Source of the DNA: Leptospiraceae bacterium
Lineage (GTDB): Bacteria; Spirochaetota; Leptospiria; Leptospirales; Leptonemataceae
Assembly: GCA_040217195.1 (NCBI GenBank)
Contig: JAVJNR010000005.1
Coordinates: 544,001 to 608,000 of the forward strand
Reading direction: 5' to 3'
DNA: 64,000 nt
This document shows, in pieces, positions 20,561 through 30,723 of the stretch. Made by a program: the position numbers and the translations under genes. Each line of letters starts with the position of its first letter. The stretch's first letter is position 1. Below the pieces are notes generated by a model. That model did no database searches. It was not told the DNA's origin and worked only from the letters and a program-made list of their open reading frames with translations.

Positions 20561-21295
20561 TCATAGAGATTCCATCATTTTTAGAACAGTCCGCAAAACC
20601 TTGATTCTTGCAAATCTCTTATCATTTGCCTCGATCAAATTCCAGGGAGCAAAGTCTGTATCCGTTCTATCAAGCATCTCCTGAACAGCCTGCTCATATT
20701 CCGGCCACTTCTGCCTGTTTCGCACATCCTCTTCAGTGAACTTCCATTGCTTGAGCGGACTACTGGCACGGGCCTGAAACCGATTGGCCTGCTCATCCTG
20801 GTCAATGTGCAGCCAGAACTTGGCCAGGTGAGTTCCTGCGCGATGAAGGCTCAGTTCCATGGAATTAATCTCATCGTAGGCACGAGACCATTCTCTTGCA
20901 GATGCAAACCCTTCCACTCGCTCCACCAGAACTCGTCCATACCAGCTGCGATCAAAAATTGCAAGTCTGCCAGGCGGGGGCATCTGTCTCCAGAACCGCC
21001 ATAGATAATGGCGCTTTTTTTCAAAAGGTTCCGGCGCCGCGATGGGTATTACCCGGTAAAGGACCGGAGGCATGGATGATGTTAGCCGTCGAATAGCTCC
21101 TCCTTTTCCACCCGCATCCTTGCCTTCAAAAACCAGAACAACGGATGCTTTCTTTCTATACATTTTCAAAGCAGCTTTAATAAGATCGGTTTGAAGCTTT
21201 TTCAATTCGCGCTTGTATCGGTCCTGAGCTATGCTTTGAGTTAGATCTACGGTTCGTAGATCCTGCTTTTTGCGAAATTGTATAGATTCTGACAT
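20561..21295 (-). CDS. ppk2: Polyphosphate kinase 2 family protein
   Basis: FEGKDAGGKGG Walker A, HYLWRFW, FDRSWYGRVLVERV, KFWLHI, APW. Confidence 0.93.
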   Translation of the reverse strand: MSESIQFRKKQDLRTVDLTQSIAQDRYKRELKKLQTDLIKAALKMYRKKASVVLVFEGKDAGGKGGAIRRLTSSMPPVLYRVIPIAAPEPFEKKRHYLWRFWRQMPPPGRLAIFDRSWYGRVLVERVEGFASAREWSRAYDEINSMELSLHRAGTHLAKFWLHIDQDEQANRFQARASSPLKQWKFTEEDVRNRQKWPEYEQAVQEMLDRTDTDFAPWNLIEANDKRFARIKVLRTVLKMMESL

Positions 21296-21322
21296 GAATG
21301 ATCCCTGTGAGCCCTGGAAGTT

Positions 21323-22081
21323 CTAGCCCTTCCCATCCTTATTTTTCTGCTCTTTTTCCAGTTTTCGCATAAGGGCCATGGCCTCATCATAAGAGGCAAC
21401 AGCCTGACGCGAATCTACGTTTAATGCCTCTTCCATGCGAGCTATGAGATAATCCATCACCAGCCCTCGCACTTCCTTTCCTTTCCCTTCGGGAGGTGTA
21501 AACCAGGGAGCCCGGGCCGAACCGGTTTCCAGTAGAAGTTTATCCATTTCCCTGGTATAATCCTTGTATTCATTGAGCAAGTATGTGGATCTTTTTCGCA
21601 GCAATGACGTCCTGGCTTTTAACTTCTTCTCCGACTTTAGTTCGGACTCCAATTCCCTGGGATTTCTCTGGAAGCGAATCTTCAGCACAAGATACTGGTT
21701 AGCCTCCAGGCTGGACTCGAAGCGATTGATGTCATCGATCCAGCCCTGCCGTTCTTTTCCGGAGATTTTTCCTTTAATGGTTCGCCGAACCAGTTCATGG
21801 TAATAGGAACCATCGAACATGGCCAGATCCCCGTACCTTGGCAGATGCATCCAATAATGGTGCAGAAATGGATCTTTTCTTTCCGGTGCTGTTTCATACC
21901 CCGGAAAATGATGAACTTCGAAGTGTCTGGGATCCAGGCAGGAGCTCAACTCATCCACAGTATAAACGATTCCAGCCAGGCCGGTACCTTCCAGAATCAG
22001 AAATACTCCGATTTGCTGGTTTTGAGCCGCCCGAAATAGCAGGGAGATTCTATCTGTCTTTTCCAGTTCGGGACTTTTCAC
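21323..22081 (-). CDS. Degenerate PPK2-like domain protein
   Basis: LDPRHF, PFLHHYWMHLP, FDGSYY, INRFE, APWF present; Walker A eroded to EGTGLAG. Confidence 0.75.
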   Translation of the reverse strand: MKSPELEKTDRISLLFRAAQNQQIGVFLILEGTGLAGIVYTVDELSSCLDPRHFEVHHFPGYETAPERKDPFLHHYWMHLPRYGDLAMFDGSYYHELVRRTIKGKISGKERQGWIDDINRFESSLEANQYLVLKIRFQRNPRELESELKSEKKLKARTSLLRKRSTYLLNEYKDYTREMDKLLLETGSARAPWFTPPEGKGKEVRGLVMDYLIARMEEALNVDSRQAVASYDEAMALMRKLEKEQKNKDGKG

Positions 22082-22201
22082 AGGCGCCTGTAATACCCCT
22101 GCTCTGTTTTAGCCGCAAGCAATAAAGCGATGGAAAAATGCTTGTAGACCTGACAGCCGGGCAAAAGCTTTCCTATCGGAATAATAGGATTTTCTTTAAG
22201 A

Positions 22202-22495
22202 ATGGGAACCGGGGATAAAAACAGACAGAGAGAGAAGCAGGTGGGCACCGTAAATGGATCCCCAGTGGTGGAAAAGCATTACCGGAGCCTTTTGAAATCC
22301 ATTTCCTGGAGAGTCACCGGAACCCTGGATACAATGGTCGTTTCCTACATCATTACAGGCAGTTTTGCGCTGGCGGCTTCCATCGGATTTTTTGAGGTTT
22401 TCACGAAGATGGCCCTCTACTATGCTCATGAACGGATCTGGTCCAGACTCAAGGTAGGGCTGGAAGTGAAGCAGCCACCAGACTACAGTATCTAA
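22202..22495 (+). CDS. DUF2061 membrane protein
   Basis: RSLLKSISWRVTGTLDT, KMALYYAHERIW. Confidence 0.85.
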   Translation: MGTGDKNRQREKQVGTVNGSPVVEKHYRSLLKSISWRVTGTLDTMVVSYIITGSFALAASIGFFEVFTKMALYYAHERIWSRLKVGLEVKQPPDYSI

Positions 22496-22573
22496 CTTTT
22501 GGGTCGACGGCATTCGATACGGTTTCCGAAAGCTTTGCATTGACCGCTACTCTGGCGGGAAATCTATACCTAC

Positions 22574-23353
22574 ATGGAAAGCGAGGAACGTAAGTCTCCA
22601 GGGACGGCTCTTGTTACTGGAGGGGCTATTCGTCTGGGTCGGGCTTTATGCATTGGTTTGGCCAGGAATGGTTATAACATTGTTTTACATTACAACAATA
22701 GCGAAGGCCCTGCCCGTAGCACAGCTGAGGAAATAGAAAGTCTTGGGGTTCAATGCAGAATCGTGCAGATGGATCTTAACAACAACCTTGATTCCGAAAA
22801 TCTGATCCAACAGGCGCAAAAGCCCTTCGGCAAACTCCAGGTACTTGTAAACAGTGCATCCGTTTACGACGGAGGAACGATCGCAGATACCACAGAGGCG
22901 ATGTTTGATCGCAACATACAGGTGAACTTGAAAGCTCCATTTTTTCTAAGTCGTGCTTTCCAGAATCAATGCGGATCCGGCAACATAGTGAACATTCTGG
23001 ATAATAAGATCTACTTTAATCAGTTCCACTATGCAGCATATTTGCTCTCCAAGAAAATGCTGGCTGAATTTACCTATCTGGCGGCCCTGGAGTTTGCTCC
23101 CAATATTCGAGTGAATGCAGTAGCACCAGGGGTAGTATTGCCAGCTTCCATTCGCAGCCCCGAGTACGTTGCCTGGAGACTTGAGGCGATTCCATTAAAA
23201 AAGCAAGGCAATACCGAACATATAGTAAAAGCATTGCATTACATCCTGGATAATGATTTTGTTTCCGGACAGGTATTGACTGTAGATGGAGCCGAAGGTA
23301 GAACTTCCATCGGTCGAAACGCTGAATCTTATCCCGGAGACAATAGCCAATGA
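22574..23353 (+). CDS. Pteridine reductase/FolM-like SDR
   Basis: TGGAIRLG, HYNNS, VNSAS, YLLSK, RVNAVAPG; overlaps folK. Confidence 0.85.
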   Translation: MESEERKSPGTALVTGGAIRLGRALCIGLARNGYNIVLHYNNSEGPARSTAEEIESLGVQCRIVQMDLNNNLDSENLIQQAQKPFGKLQVLVNSASVYDGGTIADTTEAMFDRNIQVNLKAPFFLSRAFQNQCGSGNIVNILDNKIYFNQFHYAAYLLSKKMLAEFTYLAALEFAPNIRVNAVAPGVVLPASIRSPEYVAWRLEAIPLKKQGNTEHIVKALHYILDNDFVSGQVLTVDGAEGRTSIGRNAESYPGDNSQ

Positions 23354-23742
23354 TTACAGCTATCATAGCCGTAGGTTCCAACATTGATCCGGAAAACAAC
23401 GTAGAAAAAACTATCGAATTGATGAAGAGGGACTTTCCTTTCGTTTACGCCTCTGATTTCATTAGTACAGAACCCGACGGTTATAAAGACCAGGCAGATT
23501 TTTTGAATGGCGCAATCTGTATTCGAACCTCTCTGACCAGGGAGCAACTGGAGCACTATTTAAAAAGTACAGAAATCAAACTTGGTAGAGTTAAGGGACC
23601 TATCAAGTCCGGCCCTCGCACAATCGACCTGGATCTGGCGATCTGGGACGGCAAGGTAGTTCATGATGATTATCGTGCAAAAAGCTACACTCAGATACCG
23701 GTGGATCAGCTCCTGAAAGAGCTAAACATGACAGTTGAGTAA
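23350..23742 (+). CDS. folK: 2-amino-4-hydroxy-6-hydroxymethyldihydropteridine diphosphokinase
   Basis: GSNI, Q-DFLNG, E-KLGR, GPRTIDLD. Confidence 0.92.
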   Translation: MITAIIAVGSNIDPENNVEKTIELMKRDFPFVYASDFISTEPDGYKDQADFLNGAICIRTSLTREQLEHYLKSTEIKLGRVKGPIKSGPRTIDLDLAIWDGKVVHDDYRAKSYTQIPVDQLLKELNMTVE

Positions 23743-23827
23743 TTTTCCTTCTGGCCCATGCGAAAAGAACGATCCCTGGACACCTATGAAGATCCCGACC
23801 AGAGAATTCTTAAGCCGGACCCATAAG

Positions 23828-23841
23828 ATGGGCCGGCCCAT
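23828..23841. other. Perfect 14-bp palindrome between convergent genes (possible terminator stem)
   Basis: ATGGGCCGGCCCAT. Confidence 0.35.
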
Positions 23842-23867
23842 TAAGCAGCAACTGCAAGCAAATTGCA

Positions 23868-24038
23868 TTATTTTCGCAGACTTTTGAGGTAATCGCAAAA
23901 CTCCTTATCGTCCGGGTTTTCAGAAAAATGCTGAATCAGGGTATCCAGATTCTTCTGTACATAGTCCTGTTCATCGGCGCTTAATGCGGCCCTGTCCAGT
24001 AATTTGATCACGATTTCCTGCCAGCTAAATTCCGCCAT
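23868..24038 (-). CDS. Small hypothetical protein (56 aa), below ORF-track cutoff
   Basis: MAEFSWQEIVIKLLDRAALSADEQDYVQKNLDTLIQHFSENPDDKEFCDYLKSLRK*; AGGGGG upstream; fills an otherwise empty gap. Confidence 0.6.
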   Translation of the reverse strand: MAEFSWQEIVIKLLDRAALSADEQDYVQKNLDTLIQHFSENPDDKEFCDYLKSLRK

Positions 24039-24203
24039 CACTGATCCCCCTGAATAAAATGAATTGAGCGTTCATCGCTGAAAAGAATCTTTTTTGCACT
24101 TATAACACTTGCCACAGCTCCCTGGACATTCTTGCCTCTATCGTAGATTATCGATTGACGATGTGTTTTATTATGCCCACCTTTAAGATTCTCGGATTCA
24201 ACT

Positions 24204-25616
24204 ATGTTTAGTTCTGAAAAAGAACAAATCCTGATTCAGCATATGGAAGAACTGGCTCGTATGGGAGCCTATGAGGTGGACCTGGCCAGAATGCGATGGA
24301 AGGCTTCCCATAACTTTCTGCGTTTATTTCATTTGCCGACCCAGTCTGAATTTACCTACCAGGATTTGCTGAATCTGATTCATCCAGACGATCTGGATCG
24401 AGTCAGGACGCATTTTGATCAATGCCTGGCCGGAGAAAACGAATATAATATTAGCTACCGTTGTATCATAGATGGACAGGAACGGTTTATTCAAACCAGA
24501 TCACGCATCGAACGGGAAGCCGATGGAACGCCAGTTAGACTTGTAGGGATCAAACGCGATATAACCGAGGAAAGCCAGCTACAGGCTTTATTCCAGGCTG
24601 CACCCAGCGGGATGTTGATGGTGGATCAAAAGAGACGGATCCTTATGGTAAATGCGGAGATCGAGCGAATTTTCGGATACGTTGCCAATGAGCTACAGGG
24701 AAAGGAAATCGAAGTTCTGCTACCCGAGCGTTATAGAATGGGTCATCCACAACTGGTGGAAATGTACATGAACTCTCCAGTGCCCCGAGCCATGGGCGAA
24801 GGCAGGGATCTCACGGCACAGAGAAAGGATGGAACGGAAGTTCCAGTAGAGATAGGACTTCATCCAATCTTCCTCAACAATCAGCTTTCTGTCATTTGCT
24901 CTGTAGTGGATATAACCGAAAGGCAGAAGATTGCAGAAAGGGAAGCCCGGCAAAAGCAGGAATTAAAAGATTTCGCCTACAGAATTGCCCACGATATTCG
25001 CAATCCACTGACAAACCTCAAGGCATTGCTGGAACTTAGCTCGGATGAAGACGGGGCTGCCATTTCGAACGAAGAGGCCCGTCAGATGATGTCCGGAATT
25101 ACCACTGACCTTCTGCAATTCGCCGAGGAAATTATCGGGGCTTCCCTTGCTGCTCCAGGGGAATCAGTACTTAAACCATTGAGATTCGATTCCATGAAGG
25201 ATCGAATCAATCAGCGTTTTAGCTTTCCTTTGCTGGAATGCGAAGGAAGTCTTAACTGGATCGAAGGACACTCTACATTGCCGCAGGTGCCTGTTGGATC
25301 TATGGAAGAAATAGTCGGAAACCTGGTTTCAAATTCTTTGCGGTATCGTCATCCAGAACGAGCACCGGCTATTCAGATTCGCACCGGCAATGAGGGGAGT
25401 ACATTCTGGCTGGCAGTGGAGGACAATGGCCGCGGGATTTCAGCAAAAAACAGGGATCGCATATTCGAGATGTTCGGTAAACTTCAGGATGAAGAAGGCA
25501 CGGGTCTGGGATTATATCTCGTCAAGGAAAACCTGAACCGATTGGGAGGCTCCATCGATTTCGAAAGTAGCGACCAGGGTTCACGTTTCCGGATTTCGTT
25601 ACCTCTGTTCCAATAA
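24204..25616 (+). CDS. Cytoplasmic PAS-PAS sensor histidine kinase (no adjacent response regulator)
   Basis: IHPDD PAS, IFGY...LLP PAS, AHDIRNPL H-box, NLVSNS, EDNGRGI, GTGLGL. Confidence 0.93.
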   Translation: MFSSEKEQILIQHMEELARMGAYEVDLARMRWKASHNFLRLFHLPTQSEFTYQDLLNLIHPDDLDRVRTHFDQCLAGENEYNISYRCIIDGQERFIQTRSRIEREADGTPVRLVGIKRDITEESQLQALFQAAPSGMLMVDQKRRILMVNAEIERIFGYVANELQGKEIEVLLPERYRMGHPQLVEMYMNSPVPRAMGEGRDLTAQRKDGTEVPVEIGLHPIFLNNQLSVICSVVDITERQKIAEREARQKQELKDFAYRIAHDIRNPLTNLKALLELSSDEDGAAISNEEARQMMSGITTDLLQFAEEIIGASLAAPGESVLKPLRFDSMKDRINQRFSFPLLECEGSLNWIEGHSTLPQVPVGSMEEIVGNLVSNSLRYRHPERAPAIQIRTGNEGSTFWLAVEDNGRGISAKNRDRIFEMFGKLQDEEGTGLGLYLVKENLNRLGGSIDFESSDQGSRFRISLPLFQ

Positions 25617-25671
25617 TCCCTTGCTTTGAACCTCCGAAGTACTGGCCGCTTATACTGATTATCTTGCCTGT

Positions 25672-26655
25672 CTATCTAGCGCCTCTACCTTTCTGGCTGG
25701 CCAGATATACATGTTTTCGAGCACGCATCACATCCCCCAGGGGTCGATGCTCGAATAATGCCTGCCAGGGGTCGAAGATTGCATTTTCAATGGTTTCCTG
25801 AATGGCCTCCAGCTCCTCCCCGGACTGGGCCGGAATGCTCAGCCGGCCCACAGTAACATAAGGTGCCTGTTTTTCCTTCCAGTCTACGGAAGCGTCTTCA
25901 ATGGGAGTATGCTTTTCATCGGTAAAGAATTGTAACTGAAGATCCATGTGGATGGGCCCGGCTTTCAGACGGTTCCTTATTTCATCACTCAGATCCATTG
26001 GTTTGGATGCACCTCTCTTTAGCCCAGGATCTGGAAGTAGACGGACTCGCACTGCATAGGGACCGCATGCAATGGGAGCTGCAGAAAAGAACCGTTCGGT
26101 AACGAATCCGGAGAATCGGCGATTTACGGAAGCGCCCAGTTTCTTCATTCGCATGAGTCCGCCCAGAAAGCCATAGGTGGATATCATATGCTTTAGCAAC
26201 GGTGCCGTTCCCTGAGCAGCCGCCTGGACCATCTGGACGAATTGTTCGCTTTTCGGAGAGGAAAAAGAAGGCAAATTGATTAACAGAAAATCCTGACAGT
26301 CCGTATTAATGCCCAGGGCCCCCGGACCATCCAGCCCGCGTACTTTGATCGCGAATCCACGGACATCACCTATATTATCTGGCTGAACATTTAAACTACC
26401 ATTGGAAAGTCGAATCCAGGCATCATGAAGTCCTGGAAAAGCGAAAAGACCGTGGCGAGCATGCTCGGGAATATCTCCCAGTACTTCCAGGGTTGCATTG
26501 AAGCCCAGAATCTGCTTTCGGTGCAGAGCCCGGCCCGGACCGAATTGCCTGGATTTCAGTTTTTGGAGTAAACCGAATTGTTTTGAGTATTTCTTAAACC
26601 TTTCTTCTTCATCGTCCGCTATTTCTTCTTTCCAGTCTGTTGAGGGTTGTTTCAT
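25672..26655 (-). CDS. Small catalase-related heme protein
   Basis: RALHRK distal His, RLSNG, DVRGFAIK, DFLLIN, R-HVY proximal Tyr; only 327 aa. Confidence 0.82.
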   Translation of the reverse strand: MKQPSTDWKEEIADDEEERFKKYSKQFGLLQKLKSRQFGPGRALHRKQILGFNATLEVLGDIPEHARHGLFAFPGLHDAWIRLSNGSLNVQPDNIGDVRGFAIKVRGLDGPGALGINTDCQDFLLINLPSFSSPKSEQFVQMVQAAAQGTAPLLKHMISTYGFLGGLMRMKKLGASVNRRFSGFVTERFFSAAPIACGPYAVRVRLLPDPGLKRGASKPMDLSDEIRNRLKAGPIHMDLQLQFFTDEKHTPIEDASVDWKEKQAPYVTVGRLSIPAQSGEELEAIQETIENAIFDPWQALFEHRPLGDVMRARKHVYLASQKGRGAR

Positions 26656-27014
26656 CTAATCAGCCGATCCGGTGTATATTGTTTCAATTTCTATGTACTG
26701 CCTCTGGCCGGAATACTCCGCGAGGCATATCTCGGTCCGAAAGCAGTGACTAACCGTATCCCTGGGTACAATCCTGTAAAGTTAAACATGCCCTCTGAAA
26801 CCAACGTTAATTGCTGCCCTGCAATACCGTCTGCCAAGCCAATAGCCTGTTGCCCGGCAGTTCCTACGATCACTCCCATGTTGCGGGACGAACCTTGTGC
26901 TTTATTAGCCTGCCGGCCGATACGGTGGTTCTACCCTGCTCGCTGATAGTGACCATTCTTGCAGATTCGTAAAGAGGAAGAAGAATCCGAATAATCAGAT
27001 GGAACGGATACCTG

Positions 27015-27413
27015 CTAGTCCGAGCCCCAGGGGACCAGAGGTATGATAAAACCGGCCCAATCCGGAGGTCCGGCCAGATTTCCTCCTTCGGGAAAAGGAT
27101 CATGAATGGGTTCAAAGCCAGGTCCAGATGTCTGCGCCACGATGATGTGACGATGACTCCCTCTTGGACTTGGACCGGCCACCAGGCAGTAGATTCCGCT
27201 GGCAGAAGCAAATTCCAGTTGCCCGGAATGGAGCTTCACTTTGAGAAATGCAAGCCCACGAGGGTGAAGAAATTCATTAATTGCCACCAGGTAGTCCGGA
27301 AAATCAATGAAGTTGGGCACCGATTCCAATTCCAGGTTCAGAAGCGAAGCAATGCAGGCCTGCAATGCATTCCCCTTACCGTCCTCCCAGTGAGATTGCC
27401 AGACTGGATTCAT
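27015..27413 (-). CDS. Hypothetical protein, C39-peptidase-like pattern
   Basis: Q...GNALQACIASLL, H-IVA, IHDP; GGAGG RBS. Confidence 0.6.
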   Translation of the reverse strand: MNPVWQSHWEDGKGNALQACIASLLNLELESVPNFIDFPDYLVAINEFLHPRGLAFLKVKLHSGQLEFASASGIYCLVAGPSPRGSHRHIIVAQTSGPGFEPIHDPFPEGGNLAGPPDWAGFIIPLVPWGSD

Positions 27414-27626
27414 ATATTGCCTCCGGAAAACATCAGACCCTGGCTATTCTGGCCCTCTGTTGCCTGGTCCAGATGAAAATCCTGAACGTGCAGTCCAGGG
27501 GCTAATGCCCACAATATGTGTCAAAGAATACGCGATGCGAAAGAAGGCAATTATACCGGGACTTTCATACATCCAATGTTGAGATGCTTTTGTAGACGCA
27601 GAAATGCCAGTTTTTACAATTAATCC

Positions 27627-28739
27627 ATGAAGTGGTCCCTATTCGTCGGAAGACCTTTTGGAATTCGGGTATATCTGCATTGGACCTTTCTCATTCTGCT
27701 CGGTTGGGTTGTTGCTTCTCAGCTTGGACAACCTCTGTGGGATTTGATGGGCATCCTGCTTTTCATTGTAACCCTGTTTCTCTCGGTCCTGCTCCATGAG
27801 CTGGGCCATGCTCTGGTAGCGCGAAAATTTAAAGTCCGAACCAGAGATATTATCCTGCTTCCCATCGGTGGAATGGCCCGGCTTCGCAAAATGCCAGAAG
27901 AGCCCAGAGCTGAATTCATGATTGCTCTGGCAGGTCCTGCTGTGAATGCAATCATCGCTATAGCACTATACCTTACTCTTGTAGCCCTGGGTAGTATTCC
28001 GGCCATTCCGGAAAAACTCACACTTCTAGAAGGGCCCCATGCATTGTTGAAGAATCTGTTCTGGGCCAATACTCTTCTGGCTGGCTTCAATTTGATCCCC
28101 GCATTTCCCATGGATGGAGGAAGAGTACTGCGCGGACTGCTGGGCTTTCGCATGAGTCATGAGAAGGCCACCACCATTACAGCAGAGATTGGACAGGCTC
28201 TGGGAATTGTATTTGTAATACTTGGATTTATCTACAGTCTGGGGCTTCTATTTGTGGGAATCTTTGTTTTTCTGGGCGCTTCAGCAGAATCCTCATCGGA
28301 ACAGATTCGCAGTTCGCTTCGCTCCTATACAGTATCCAACATATTGATCAAACACTTCACGGCTCTTCGTCCTGAGCAGAGCATTATGGATGCCGTGGAG
28401 CAACTTCTGTCTGGACAGGAATCTGAATTTCTTGTTATGGAAGACAAAACGGTAGTGGGCGTACTTACGAAAAAAGAGATATTCAACGGTCTGGGCTCCC
28501 ATGGAAACCAGGTTTCCATAAGGAAAATCATGACCACTCATTTTCCTCATCTTCGCATGGATGCTACGCTGGAAGATGCGCTGCGCTCTCTACAGGAAAG
28601 CAAGGCATCCATTGCGCCGGTTTATCGAGGACGAAAACTGGTAGGCATCCTGGACAGGGAAAACATCGAAGAATTACTTACACTGAATAAGGCCATGCGT
28701 CAATACCTGGACTCTCCAATCAGAGATTCAAACCCATGA
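27627..28739 (+). CDS. Site-2 protease (M50) with CBS pair
   Basis: HELGH, NLIPAFPMDGGRV, two C-terminal CBS domains. Confidence 0.93.
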   Translation: MKWSLFVGRPFGIRVYLHWTFLILLGWVVASQLGQPLWDLMGILLFIVTLFLSVLLHELGHALVARKFKVRTRDIILLPIGGMARLRKMPEEPRAEFMIALAGPAVNAIIAIALYLTLVALGSIPAIPEKLTLLEGPHALLKNLFWANTLLAGFNLIPAFPMDGGRVLRGLLGFRMSHEKATTITAEIGQALGIVFVILGFIYSLGLLFVGIFVFLGASAESSSEQIRSSLRSYTVSNILIKHFTALRPEQSIMDAVEQLLSGQESEFLVMEDKTVVGVLTKKEIFNGLGSHGNQVSIRKIMTTHFPHLRMDATLEDALRSLQESKASIAPVYRGRKLVGILDRENIEELLTLNKAMRQYLDSPIRDSNP

Positions 28740-29017
28740 AAGAATTCGCCAATCCGTCTGGAAACAGGGCTCCTGGTCAAAGTAAATCTACCTTCTGGAT
28801 CATTGGCGCTCTTGTTACGCTACTGGCCATTGCGCCTGTGGGGCAGGAACCGCATCTATGGCAAAAGTTAATACTACTCTGGCATGGCTGGCTTAAGACT
28901 CTTCTGGACTGGTTTGACCTGGCTATCCATGGCTTGCCGCTAATTTCTTTTATTGGTTATGCTATCTATGGAAAGCTTCGAAAGGAGTCCCGGAATAAAA
29001 CAAGCACCGACTTTTAA
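28736..29017 (+). CDS. Small membrane protein
   Basis: LAIAP...EPHLWQKL...DWFDL-IHG; 4-bp overlap with protease gene. Confidence 0.7.
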   Translation: MKEFANPSGNRAPGQSKSTFWIIGALVTLLAIAPVGQEPHLWQKLILLWHGWLKTLLDWFDLAIHGLPLISFIGYAIYGKLRKESRNKTSTDF

Positions 29018-29537
29018 GTCTGGTCATCGTAGCTACGTCTGTTAGTATACTCCAGGCTAATCTGAGAAGAACGTCGCCCCAATTGGCCCACCAATCCCGA
29101 AACAACGTCTTCCCATCGCTAGAAAAAGGTATAAGAATCCTCCGCCTTTGCGAATCCCGCGGAGGTTGGCCTGGCTAGACCATAAGGTCCAGTAAATCGG
29201 AATAGAGCCGCTGGCTATTGGCCCCATTTAATAGCTGAATCTCCTCATCTGTGAGAGAGGCCCGTGCCCAGCAATCCAGGGAGATAGTGAAATAGAAGAG
29301 ATGCATTTTCTTAACCTGTGCCCTATGGCTCTCTGCTTTCGGAGCACACAGAAGGCTACCCGGCAATGGGAATCCTTGACGGCTCTTTAATCATTGGACG
29401 GATAAAATGTGTTTCAGGTAAAAACTTTCCTCCAATGCCGGAGATCTGTTTTACTCCCTGGACCTTAGAAATAGCGGCCGGAGGGCCGATAATATCCTTC
29501 GACGCCTCTAAAGCGAACTCTGAATCAGGAATCGAAA

Positions 29538-30683
29538 ATGCATAGAACTGGCATCCTGCTAATTTCCGCTCTACTACTCACCTGCCAGCAAAACACCAGC
29601 CAGGTCGAAAAACAAAACCCTGAAGAACTGGAACGATCGGAATGGCATGATCGGGCCCTGTTTCTGGCCGGACTTCCCACATCTCAGAAATTCCAGAAGA
29701 GACCGGAGATTGCCAGAATTCTGAAGCTTCCGCACTATGAAGATCATCGCAGGCAGATGAATGCGTTCTGGTCCACTGTAGATCGCCAGAGGGTAAAGCC
29801 CATGACTGCCTGGTGGAGATCCGAGCTATCTCCTCGGATGGATGGTGTAAAAACCAGAACAGCTCTTTATCCCCTCAGTGGAGGCGATCTACTGAACTTT
29901 AAATTGATGTACCCGGATGCAAAGAAATATGTAATGATAGCCATGGAGAAGCCGGGCAGCATGCCGGACCCCACTTCCATGACCGATCCTCAGCTGCAGG
30001 AAGGATTGTACTCTGTGCGAAAGATGCTGGGAAACATTGCTCTTACAGGTTACTTCTTTTCCAGGTGGATGAACTGGTACATGAATCCAGAAAAATATGG
30101 GTTCTTTGGAACACTTCCCACAGTTTCTGTATTTCTTGTTCGCCTGGGTCATGAAATACGAACCGTGGACGAAACTTGCGTCAATGAAGCCGGAAAACTT
30201 GTATTTGAAAACACTACTCCCTGCTATCTACCAGGATACAGAATTACATTTCGCGACGGCAATACCGATGAGCAAAAGGAACTCTACTACCACTCCACGC
30301 GAATTGACAATGCTTTATTCTCTGAAAGCACAGCCAGGGGCAAATACATTCAAAGTCTGGGAAAAGTAGCTGTGATGATGAAAGCAGCAGTGTATCTTTT
30401 TCACAGACAGGCACATGCTGCAGGTGCTCAGTATCTTATGGAGAATTCTGAGGTAATCGTTCAAGATGATTCCGGCATTCCCTACCGATATTTCTCTGCT
30501 TCTAACTGGGACATCACCCTTTACGGTACCTATCGCTACCCGCTTCCGGGGATGGGAGTATACCCTCAACAGGATCTGATTCGAGCATACAATGCAGGCA
30601 GTGAGCATCTACCATTTGCCTTCGGCTATGGTCCAAAAACCGCAGCCCGGGCATCTGGACTGATGGTGGCCTTCAGTAATTAA
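29538..30683 (+). CDS. Conserved-looking hypothetical lipoprotein
   Basis: LLLT-C lipobox; motifs YPLSGGD, KAAVYL, QDDSGIPY, LPFAFGY. Confidence 0.75.
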   Translation: MHRTGILLISALLLTCQQNTSQVEKQNPEELERSEWHDRALFLAGLPTSQKFQKRPEIARILKLPHYEDHRRQMNAFWSTVDRQRVKPMTAWWRSELSPRMDGVKTRTALYPLSGGDLLNFKLMYPDAKKYVMIAMEKPGSMPDPTSMTDPQLQEGLYSVRKMLGNIALTGYFFSRWMNWYMNPEKYGFFGTLPTVSVFLVRLGHEIRTVDETCVNEAGKLVFENTTPCYLPGYRITFRDGNTDEQKELYYHSTRIDNALFSESTARGKYIQSLGKVAVMMKAAVYLFHRQAHAAGAQYLMENSEVIVQDDSGIPYRYFSASNWDITLYGTYRYPLPGMGVYPQQDLIRAYNAGSEHLPFAFGYGPKTAARASGLMVAFSN

Positions 30684-30723
30684 AAGCCCGAGCCAACCTG
30701 GAGGATCAAACCAGGGCGCCTTC

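Noticed and set aside
26656..27014. Possible small gene or pseudogene between the catalase-like and C39-like genes
   Set aside because: Only short frames without recognisable motifs; cannot be supported.
29018..29537. 520-bp intergenic gap with short ORFs and a CCTCCGC...GCGGAGG hairpin
   Set aside because: No convincing RBS, motif or repeat; the hairpin alone is unremarkable.
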